Shown here piece by piece: positions 1 through 10,135 of a stretch of DNA of 36,785 nucleotides (positions within the stretch are counted from its first letter, which is position 1; each line of letters begins with the position of its first letter). A model generated the notes under the pieces. That model did not search any database. It saw only the letters and a program-made list of their open reading frames with translations, and was not told where the DNA came from. Made by a program: the position numbers and the translations under genes. The stretch spans positions 186,001-222,785 of the forward strand of contig JBPGPT010000025.1 of NCBI GenBank assembly GCA_051047955.1, in the 5' to 3' direction. This stretch comes from Cystobasidiomycetes sp. EMM_F5 (Eukaryota).

Positions 1-615
1 CGCCTCGAAACTCATTCCCGGTCGACGCCAGTAGGGATTGTTGGTGTAGGAGGATTTCTGTCAGATTGAATGCAGACAGAGCATTATCTGCTGGGAGGTC
101 AGGATCGCCGTGTATACCATCCTGGGAATGATTGGTGATTGGTTGCCATACTCCGGCTGCTCTCGATATGCATTCTACTGCCGTCGCAGCTGCGCTTCTC
201 GTTTCCCATGTACTGCTGTGGAGGTAGGGCAGGACCCGCACGAGGAGGTTGACGACCTCCTCCCACTCGCCCTCCAGACCGCGGTATATCTGCGATGCCC
301 CACTGCCAGTCTGGGATGCCTCTGCCGCAGCGTCTTGGATGCTAAACTCGTCCTTTGCCCCGACTTTCCTCGACGACGACGACGACGCGGGCAGCTGATG
401 CCTGATGGACGAGCTGCCTCCGGACGAGTGAGTGGACGCTCTCGCTACACGCTGTCCTGCGATAGCTCCGAGCTGCCTGGCTGCCGTCGTTCGAACGAGC
501 GGTGTCGAGCCAGTGCTCAGCAGGAGCAGCAGCCGGTCGAGCCTGCCCAGTTGATCATCAGCCTCTCAGCCATAGTCCAAGTCAGTGATCAGTCATTAGC
601 AGACCTCGTAGTCAT
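1..615 (-). CDS. MOT1: TBP-associated Snf2-family ATPase Mot1/BTAF1, 5' portion only (runs off window start)
   Basis: Not in the ORF track. Exon 1 615-605 (ATG ACT ACG AG), intron 604-543, exon 2 from 542 give MTTRLDRLLLLLSTGSTPLVRTTAARQLGAIA...YRGLEGEWEEVVNLLVRVLPYLHSSTWETRSAAATA, the characteristic Mot1 N-terminus. Confidence 0.92.
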
Positions 616-892
616 CGTTTCAGCGCTGTGGTCAGTTGGTAGAGATCCAACGATGGATGGCCAGTAAACGGCACATTCATCCTCGGAAACGGTCTGTAGG
701 AATGGGCTGAAAGTTGGCTGATATGCTTACGAGCAGTGTAGGATGAAGTTAAACCTCGCCGCGTAGCCGTAGCTGTGATTCCTGGCTGTTTCCAATCTAC
801 GATTTCAAACTTCGATGACGGAGTTTCAAGTCGGATATTAACTGCTTCTTTCTTTCCTTTCTCCAATCCAATTAAAGTATTCCATTACAAAC

Positions 893-1666
893 ATGGCTGT
901 CTCGTTAATACTCCCATGCCGCTCTGCTGTACTCGGCGCATCCCGCAGAGCAGTCCATACTCAATTACGCCAGAGTATGGGGCAGCCATCGAGGACGACG
1001 CTGGAAGGCTGTCAAAGATGCACCTTCTCGACTGGACGGGCAGTGTTGGCAGACACGACACTCTCAAACAAGAAGGAGGCAGACAAGGTCACCGCGCCGT
1101 CCCAGGTCGGGCGCGATGGCTTGTTTGAATGAAGGATATTGGCTGATTGGAGTTGATATTGTATACAGGCCGATGACCCTTGGGCAATCCCGATGCAGCA
1201 CTCTGGAACCTTGCCAGACGATATTCCAGTATCGCACATCCAGGGAGATACCGGGCATCCAGAAGGGCGAGACCTGAACGAGCCAACAGAGACGATGAGG
1301 TCGCGCTTGGTCTACCAGAGCCGGAAGCGGGGCATACTCGAGATGGAGATGCTCCTGTCCACATTCATCGACTCTGGCAAGCTAAAAAATATGTCGAGGG
1401 AGGATATGCAGCAGTACGATAGGCTCCTGACTCTCCCAGACTGGACAATCTACTACTGGATCATCGGCAAGAAGGAGATTCCCGAAGATGTAGAGTGGAA
1501 AGACTCGAAGATTATACGTAGGTGCAGCGATTCACGCAATTCTCCTGTCACTGATACGAGTCACTCTGGTCCAGGCGAACTGACAAAACACGCAGCCAAC
1601 GAAGGCAAAGTCGTCAGAAAGATGCCAGAGATTCAATCATATGGCATTAAGGGAGCGTCATCGTAG
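893..1666 (+). CDS. SDH5: Succinate dehydrogenase assembly factor 2 (Sdh5/SDHAF2), mitochondrial
   Basis: Exons 893-1105, 1169-1517, 1575-1666 (second intron is 57 nt and in frame). Arg/Ser-rich presequence-like N-terminus; hallmark RSRLVYQSRKRGILEMEMLLSTF and YDRLLTLPDWTIYYW. Confidence 0.93.
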
Positions 1667-2463
1667 CATCTACAGTGCTTGTAACAATAAGAAAGCCCAT
1701 GCGCAGAGGCTACCGTTCGCAAGCAAGCCGATGTTTGTACAGTCTCGATGCACAATATCTGCCGGATCCGATTTTCAGGATTCTAATCTCCAGCAACTTG
1801 CTCCTCCACGACCTCTTACACCACGTTGATTCGTCTCTCATAGCACTGCTTCCCGCGCACAACTTGTTTCGTTAGTCAATGCCCAATTCTGCAGCGTGAC
1901 TCTCTTAACGCGTACAAAATTCTTTAGAGCACCAGACTCCGCGGCAGTACGCTAGTGTTGGCAGTGCAGCAGGGTACAGCCAGAGTGATGAGGGTGGTCT
2001 CGCTAACTTCACTCTATAAGCCTTGATGTCTGCCGCCTTAGGAGTTTACAAGTGAGTTTGAGTGCGTAGCGCGTGCTCCGTGATGAATTTCCAACAGTGT
2101 CAAGCTTAGGCATCGGCGAAAAGGGAAATTGCACGTTGTAACATTCTTTTCCGAATAAAAGCGATACGTCATCATCGCAGAATCTTCAAGTATGAGGCCT
2201 CAAATTATAGATGGCAATCTTGACGGAAGATGCGGCCATTCTGGATCAGTCTAGAGGTTTACGAGACGGGTTGATATACGAAGCGTCAGTTGCTGTCTGA
2301 TGGCCAAATTGCAAAGATGCGTCGATGTCCAAAGTGCGACATAAGTTGCGTATAGATCCTCTTGGTAAAATGTCAACAGCGAAGGAAGGGTAGAGCTTTA
2401 CAGTGAATGAGGAAATATGCACTTGCGGTGCGGAGCGTCTGTCGGGGCAGGAGCCACGGTCCA

Positions 2464-4358
2464 TTAATTTGCCGGCCGACTCAATCCCCACGCCCGTCCT
2501 TCGCTCCTGTCCCTCCATCCCGTCCACCTGACCGTCCTGACATTCTTCTTGCACCACTCCACCGCTGCCTTTTCCAGATCCGTGCACCCTTCAATGCCGA
2601 GCTCGGTAATCTGGCCCTTCTTTGCTTGAACAGCGCGCAGCAGAGGACTCGACGTCACTGGAGTGCTGTAGGATACGTCCAGTAGCTCCAACGCGGGACA
2701 GAAAGCCGCTAGTGCAGAAATGGTCGTGGTCGCCAAGGTGCAGCGAACCAGGCGCAGCTTTCGCAGCTTATGCAAACAAACCAGAACGCTGGGATCAAAC
2801 GGAGCGTCCCAACTGTCTATCTTCACATCCGTGACGTCTGGGCTTCGCCGCAGTAGTCCTGCCCATGTAGAAGCGTCTATGCTACTTCCGGTACAGGATG
2901 AAATCCGCACGGCTTGTAGACGCGGCACGTCCAAGTGATCCAGTATATTGCGAACCATGTGACCGGTACAGCGCGGTCCGATGTCGAGCTCCTCCAGCAG
3001 GGGCAAAGACACGAGGCTGCCAGAATTAGCCTGCGTCATTTCGACGACTGTATCTGATATAGACAAGCGCCGTAGGTACTTTAGCATCGATATGTCGGGG
3101 ATGGTTGAACCATCAACATCGCCATGCAGTCGCAACTCGGCCAGCAATGGATGTAGCTCAGCTGCTGTCATATCGACAGTGTGCTCGGTTTCGATGGACA
3201 AGTGGCGGAGACCACAGCACCAAGGCTCTTTTTCTCCTCCTTCACTGCGTTTCAGCCAACAGTTCCTGATCCAGCTGTCTTCATCCGGGTTATCAGCCAG
3301 TTTTGCCGTCATACATTCAAGAGCGGCTTCGAAAGCAGCGGCCGGCTGTAATTCAAGACCATGCGCGTAAGGATAGAGCTTCGGCCACGGATGGGACTGG
3401 CGCAGAGCGGTGTCATTAGGACCATACCGCAAATCTAGAGACAGCAGGTGTGGGAACTCCTGCAGTATATATCCGATAGGAATGGGTCGATAACCCTGAT
3501 ACCATGCGTCTAAGTGTAAGAAACGCAAGCTCTTGCAGGATGTCACGACTCTCTCGAGTGCGAAGTGGTAGCCAACATTGCGTAAGGACAGTCGATCAAG
3601 CCTAAACCAGACGGACGGCCCCAAGCCTGTCTCGAACAGGTATATTAGGACGGCGTTTTCGCAGCGACCAGTGCTGCTATAGGGCAGATAGAGCTGAAAT
3701 TCTTCGAGTCGCCCACCACATAGACGGCTGAGATATGTTTGCGCCTGCTCTCGAATAGACGTGCGTTGAGTCGGTAGAACTCGCTTGCTCGAAACACACA
3801 TGTGGAGTGTCTTCCAGAGCCTGGGATGGCGCAGCAAGACTGCTCTCCACCGCTGACATACGTGTGTAGCTTTGATAATGTCAGCTTGGTCGAGGAAAGA
3901 AACAATCTCGACAAAGATGTCTTCGGGTATCCTGTCCAGCCAGTTTGGCTGGAGGCAGTTTCAGCAACGTCTGACCAAGTAAGACTACCTCTGCGCACTA
4001 GTGGAGCAGCAATATCTGCCTTCAATTTACGCGATTCGCTCCTGATTGCAGCGAGCATTTTGTCGTCAGTGCACCGTTGTGCGGCATGGTCGAGCATTGT
4101 TTGGCAGGCAGGGAATCTTCGTAGGAGTCTATAGCAGCGTGCTGCTTTGAGGTAACCCTGCGATTTGAATCTTCAATAACAGATTAAGATTCTTTGTTGA
4201 TTCCAACGAGCTCAGCTCACAATTGACGCGTCTGGCAGCATTCGAACGAGATTTCTTGCATCCTGCAGTGCCTCCGTATACCGTGCAGCCTGTATGTGAG
4301 CTGTGCATTGCCGTCCCAGCTCTGACGGCGTTGTCGAAGAGGTCTCTACGGTCGACAT
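2464..4358 (-). CDS. TPR + F-box + leucine-rich-repeat protein (Pof3/Dia2-like SCF substrate receptor)
   Basis: Introns 4220-4158 and 3998-3949 join TPR-like YTEALQDARNLVRMLPDASIGYLKAARCY, F-box LDRIPEDIFVEIVSFLDQADIIKATHVCQRWRAVL and C-terminal LRRs (LRRLSISD, LEELDIG, CPALELLDVSYS, ITELGIEGC). Confidence 0.8.
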
Positions 4359-4653
4359 GTTTGGACGACGTTTCGCATTATAATCATTATAATCCGCGTT
4401 GATTTTGGCAGACTGCGTTCAGATATCACAATCCTGCGGCATGGTCATGTATCGCAGACCTCAATTGCAACCCGCTCATGCTGATGTTTTTGAATGGCGT
4501 AATGCGAACGCACGCTTGATGGTCAACCATCCGAAGTGCTTGACTGACACTTTTGGGACTGACCATTACTTTACTGACGCACTGATATTCTCATTTCACA
4601 GTCCTGACCGGGCTGAGGAGATTCCCTGAGCGGTCTTTGCTCCGAAATCTCCA

Positions 4654-5958
4654 ATGCAACATCCATGTCAATTCAAGGACCTCCCCCCGGTACAGGGTAT
4701 GCCTGCCGGCTGCGCTTGGAACTACTTTACTACAGACAAGGAGCACCGTGATGAGCTTGGGAGTCAGTATCTTCGCGAAACAGTGCGGCCCCGGCCCCGC
4801 TAATTCAAGTGCCGACTTGATACAGCTCTCAATCTGCTCACGCCTGAAGTAGTCAAGCGCGCTGCTCGTACGCAGATCCAGACTGGCATCCGTGTGCAGC
4901 TGGATTGGGGCATGAACAATGTCCAATTCCCAGGCTTCGGGAGACAGGGTTTTGAGCAAAAGATTATCAGTCGCACTAATACAAAGACCGGCTGGGTCGG
5001 CTGCGATGATGTAGTATGCCAGCTGTATATGTACATCCTGAATACAGGCTGACGATATTTCCAGATATCCTTCAATACTCAAGTAAGTTGATCTGTTCTG
5101 TCGCTGATCGTCGCTGCGAAAGACACGAGCAATTGACTTTGATGTAGTGTAGTTCGCAATGGGACGGTTTCCGACATGTTGCGCACCAAGTCACGAAGAA
5201 ATTCTACAACAATCAGACTCAGACGGATATTGCAGACGGCAAAGGCTCCATGAAAGGCATCGATGCATGGTGTGATGCTGGCGGCATAGCTGGACGAGGA
5301 GTGTTACTTGACTGGCTTCGATGGCGACGCATGACCCAGCCCGATGCTACTGAAATTTCTCCTGTGACATCCCACAAAATTCCACTCGGCGAACTTCAGC
5401 AGGTCGCAGCGTACCAGGGCGTGCAGTTTGAGATTGGCGATATTCTCCTCGTTCGTACAGGGTTTGTCGAATGGCACAATAACGCATCATTAGATCAACG
5501 CAAAGCAGGTACTCAAGAAAATGCCACTTATATCGGCGTTGAAGCAAACATGGAAGCCGTCGAATGGTTTTGGAATCATCATTTTGCAGCAGTCGTCAGT
5601 GATACCGTTGCTTTCGAGTCTTGGCCACCTGTTGGCTCCGCTGCGGGCGGGGTATGCCGTAAGCCACAGACACCACCTCATGCGTATCGCTTCCCCATTA
5701 ATCTGCAGTATTCCTTGCAGTGCACGAATGGTTTCTTGCCATGTGGGGAACACCGATAGGTGAAATGTGGGACTTGGAATTGCTCTCCAAGCTATGCGAA
5801 AAGCAGCAGCGATGGACTTTCTTCCTGACAAGTGCTCCGCTGCGTTATCCGGGAGGTGTCGGCTCGACGCGTAAGTTGCTGTCTATCGGGATGTACCAAT
5901 ACGTTCTCAAAACTTGCTGATTCTGTATTGCCCAGCCAATGCCATCGCCATCATGTGA
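4654..5958 (+). CDS. Putative cyclase / kynurenine-formamidase-like family protein
   Basis: Spliced model (introns about 4763-4825, 5014-5064, 5083-5147, 5652-5708, 5872-5935) gives GMPAGCAW..DELGTLNLLTPEVV..FNTQCSSQWDGFRH..GIAGRGVLLDW..GDILLVRTG..HEWFLAMWGTPIGEMWDLE..GGVGSTPNAIAIM, typical of the fungal cyclase family. Confidence 0.85.
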
Positions 5959-6225
5959 AAATGAGCACATGAAGGAGAGAAAGAGAACGATCACGCAGTC
6001 TGACGAAAGTCGAGTCTAACGACCTGCGAAAACAAAGGAGGTCGGTCAATCGCAGCATAAAGCCTAGGCAGGCCAGGAGTCATGAATTCCTCAATGTGTT
6101 CATTTTTGGATCTAAAATGCATTGATTACTATCATAAGTATGATCCGCTACACACCTACTGCCAGACACAAGGACATGATGTCTTTAACGATGTTATAGC
6201 TACATTGAGTGAGACGACTCCCGAT

Positions 6226-8597
6226 CTACGCTACTGACGTACTAGCTCCACTAGTCTCCTGATGAGCTGGCTCATAACCACTCCATTTCGGTCTTCGTAA
6301 CCTGACCATTATCAAACACAGCAGCGTCAAAAAGAAACAGACAGCACCTGCCACGAAGAACGCTTCGGGGAATGTGTCAACGGTCGCCCTGCATTGATGC
6401 AAGCATTCAGCATAGTCACTTTGAAGGTTTAGCGCACAAGTGGAGACTTACGCGAACAAGCCGTTGAAGAGCACCGGCGCGATAATCTGGCCCATAAGCG
6501 TGCTGACCATTGCGATGGCAGCCATCAACTTTCCAGACTCTTGCGGACCGGCAAACATCAGCGCCAAGCTGGACAGAGCACTGCATGTCCATCAAGTCAG
6601 AAAGAATACAATACTACTCTGCATCCTGTATGCGCTCACGGATTCGCTCCAGACGCCAGCGATTGAGTGACGGAGAGTATCAAAAAGTAGTTGGAAGTCT
6701 GTGTAAATACGAGGCCTGTATAGCACACGACGTCGAGGCACAGCGAAATACGCGCCATGAGGAGATCGAATTCTACACGTACGACTCCATAGTCAGCAGT
6801 CATTGCGCACTTTTACCGGATTACAACCGAGACCCACTGTAATCATGGAGCAAGCGGTGTTGCTTTGTATGGGATGACCATTGCTCATCTTCTGCTTTTG
6901 TGAAGCCGGATGCGCCCACTTCCCGATCCGTTACTCTCGACGAAGTCGCAGACTGTCCTGCTTCTGGTTCTGGTTCGGCAGTTGGCTCTTCGCGTACGGG
7001 TTGCTGATGCGGTTTGCGGATGAGTTTAATGAGTACCGGAATAATGACTAGCAGGGCAGTGATCCGCGCAACTCCGAGCTATAAGCCAGATGAGTCAATA
7101 CCTGGGTGTTCGTTACAGTAGCCTCAGAAGACTGACCAAGGATAGGAGGTTGCCCAGCTGCACCGGTGTCCAGCCAAATTTGAGCTGTGCATACTGCATC
7201 TTGATAGGGTACAGCGTCTGTCGACGACGTTCAGTGATACTGTACTTCACAGAAAGAGCCGAGCTCACCATGACCATCGTGTAGAGTCCGCTTGCAACAG
7301 CAATGCCAGGCAAAGACCAGTCTAGATTACCGTTTGCTGCTTTCCGGGGACCAAGAAGACCAATTGGTGCGAGGACGCGAAGGACAGGGCGCCCGACTGC
7401 TAGAATCGGATATAACAGAAGATAGACATTGCGTTTTCCGGCAATACTGTTGGCACTGGTGGTCGAATAAGTCTTGTCGGCCATCTTGGCCTCGTAAGCT
7501 TCCCTTGCTTCCGTCTGTCTCTGCCGGCTGAGCGACTCGGGAAGGACAATCATGAGAACGAGTGCTTGGACGCAGTACAAGCCAAAAGCGACGTAGAAAG
7601 CCATCATATTGTTTCCGCTGGCGGAGATGATGAAGCTACCCAGTGCGGGGCCTGCACTCATTCCACCGTACAGCAGACCAGTCATGAGGGAGAAGAGAGC
7701 AGCTCTCGAGCCTGCTGGAGTGCAGTCTCCGATGTATGCGGCCATGATGCTCTGACCACCACCCATTCCGGCAAAGATGCCTTCGAAGAGGGGGTACAGC
7801 AGCAGCCAGTAGTAGGATAGATTGTGCGGGTTGGACAAGACGACGAGCATGACTCCTGTGCCGAGCACAAAAGACAGCATGTTTGCCACAATGCACCACT
7901 TTCGGCCTACGCGATCCGACAGTGCACCCCAGTACGGCGTCGCGAATACACAGCAGACTGTGGTGAGGAATCAGCAAGGGCGGATTGTGTACCCTTCGAG
8001 TAGACACTCACTGCCCATGACTAGCTGCAGCATGAGGTTTAGCTGGGACAGGCGACGCTGTACCCCAGAGTTTCGCCGGCACTGCTCTGGGGTGAGGAGG
8101 AGTACTCCTCCCACTCCTCCAGCGATGTGATTGACTGCGTCTCTGTTGCGCTGGGCACATATGATCTGCGTAAACAGCTCTAGCCGTGAGGGGATGAGCA
8201 TGCCCATTCCAAAGGCGAAGACTGTCAGATGGGCTACGATGAACCACGGCGATGGGTTCTACGACGTCAGCGGGTGTCAGTAAATGTCGTGTTAGTCGCA
8301 GAATCCATCATTTGTCAGTCTTTCCATCATGGATAATGCCGCCACGCAAGCCAGGACACCCCCGCTCACCAGCTTCCATGCTGCTTTTCTGCTCTTCCTC
8401 CCTGGCAGGAGCGCCGTTCTCTCGTCTGCGTCTTGTCCATCTTGTCTCGTTGTCGTCTCTGCATTTTCCTGGATATCTTCTTCGTCGCCGTCGACCAGGG
8501 CAGCACTCTCGATAATGCCTCCTCCCTCCGTGACGACTGGGAGCGTATCGACAAACGACGGCTGGCGGCTGCTGAGCGGTGGGCGGGACAGCGACAT
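6226..8597 (-). CDS. Major facilitator superfamily transporter (SLC46/TetA-like fungal group)
   Basis: Multi-exon; ERTALL N-terminal motif, PSPW, WGALSDRVGRK (MFS motif A-like), AYIGDCTPAGSRAALFS, LPESL, many hydrophobic segments; stop TAG at 6228-6226. Internal exon limits approximate. Confidence 0.85.
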
Positions 8598-8734
8598 GGC
8601 GGGCAGCGTTGGGGGGAAAAGCGATGTATGGCTGATTGGCAAAGGTGGATCATCATCAACATCAACAAACGGCACCGCAATCACTTGGATCCGCCAACAA
8701 CGCCGTCGAGAATCTGACAAGTCTATACCTCAAG

Positions 8735-9469
8735 CTAATGTACCGCAGTCAGATCGACTGCGTAGCACAAGTGTGGATAGGCGTCCTCGGCGCTTGAGTG
8801 GATCCGAGACGACGACCACGGAGCGCTGTTGGTGCCAGCCGGGCACGCGGACCACTGCGTCGCTTTGTCGAATGTGCACGTTATATGATGGTCACTGTCG
8901 ACATGGCACAGACCAGAGACGGCCGACAGAGCCGCCTTTTCAGTCTCTCTATCCAGAAAGAGATCTGACGAGTATCGCTGGTCTGCAGGGAGATGGTAGT
9001 TGAAGGACGCATCGAGCATGCGCGACTCTGCGCTCGTGTCGACGAGGAAGCTATCGGCGTCGAGTGTAAAGTTGTCGCCCTTGTCTTGTGTATGCAAGAG
9101 ACCTAGGACCGGACCGAAGGAGGACGGCATCTGCCCCAGCCAGGCACTGTTGATGATTTGCTCTACAACTGGATCCGGTCTTCCATCTCGCTGGTCTTGC
9201 GAGAGCTTGACTGATATTCTGAAGGACGAGCTGAGGCGGACGTAGACGACGAGACATTGTCAATCGTCGGCATTGACAGACGCATTGGACAATCATCTTG
9301 GAACTCACCCAACTGTAGTTGTAGATCTTCGAAGTTTGCGCATTCCATTGATGTTGTCGTTATTCACTCGCTTGTGCAGCGAGGATTGAGTGTGTGTTTG
9401 TGGGTGTGCCAGGATGCATGAAGCGAGTGTAAGGATGCAGAAGAGTGTGAGGGGGCTCAAGGACAGCAT
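8735..9469 (-). CDS. Small secreted protein (218 aa), signal peptide, KR processing site, four C-terminal Cys; cell-wall-protein-like
   Basis: Exon 1 9469-9309 (MLSLSPLTLFCILTLASCILAHP...LHKR), GT-AG intron 9308-9231, exon 2 9230-8735 in frame with the 8735..9130 ORF. TATATA just upstream (about 9494-9499). Confidence 0.78.
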
Positions 9470-9697
9470 TGTGTGGTACTGACAGGATTGTGTATATAAG
9501 CAGGTACGATGTGGGATACGATTCAACGGATGACTTTTGCGTAAAGAGCGTGGGATTAAACGAGTGTGAGTTCGACTAGGAGGTCGTGTGTGATAGTGTG
9601 CGAGTAGGAGTAGGGTGTACAGCGGTGGTCGAGGGTTGTCTGCCAAAGTCAGCCGGGCAGCAGTTCCCCTCAATCAGCCATAACTCATCCCGCTCGT

Positions 9698-9822
9698 CCA
9701 ATTAGCGCATTCCTCTGCACAATAAACACGGCGTCAGTATTCAATCCATCACTTTCCGCGTCGTGTCAGCGTCAGCGAGTAAACAAGGCCATTCCTGGCA
9801 TTCATTCCAATTAGCATTCCTC
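9698..9822. promoter_or_regulatory. Cluster of four CATTCC (TEA/ATTS, Tec1/AbaA-type) motifs and a duplicated CCAATTAGC(GC)ATTCCTC element
   Basis: CATTCC at 9708, 9790, 9803, 9815; CATTCA at 9799; lies in the divergent intergenic region between the secreted protein and Nto1-like genes. Function inferred. Confidence 0.4.
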
Positions 9823-10000
9823 GACAAGGAAAAGCGACAGAGCCCATCCAAAAAGGCGTAGTTAGCATTAATCTCCTCCACCCAGCTCATCGTCGCCGTC
9901 GTGTAGACGTCCATTGTTGATATCGTCTCCCTTGGATGTAATCAGTCAGAGCAAAGCCAAGTTGCGACTTGGAAGCCATCCATCCAAATGCCCGACAGCT

Positions 10001-10027
10001 CTGAAGCCTGAAGCCTGAAGCCTGAAC
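10001..10027 (+). repeat. Tandem 7-mer (CTGAAGC)x3 + CTGAAC
   Basis: ctgaagc ctgaagc ctgaagc ctgaac read directly, upstream of the Nto1-like start. Confidence 0.85.
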
Positions 10028-10135
10028 CAGGAAATAAGGCAGCGCTGACAACGACGACGAGCTAATTCATCAAACAAGAGCCTGCTGGTCATGGCCGGGG
10101 GAAAAGGGCAGCCAGCCAGTCTAGCCATCTAAAAC

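Noticed and set aside
110..667. 185-aa plus-strand ORF
   Set aside because: Antisense shadow of the MOT1 exon; no recognisable features.
612..866. 84-aa minus ORF with a possible GTAAGC..CTACAG intron (about 730-693)
   Set aside because: Lies in the MOT1/SDH5 promoter; intron would be under 40 nt; no homology recognised.
1985..2090. Two GTGATGA C-box-like motifs suggesting C/D snoRNAs
   Set aside because: No suitably placed CTGA D box, terminal stem or recognisable rRNA guide.
4591..5082. 163-aa minus ORF
   Set aside because: Antisense to the spliced cyclase exons.
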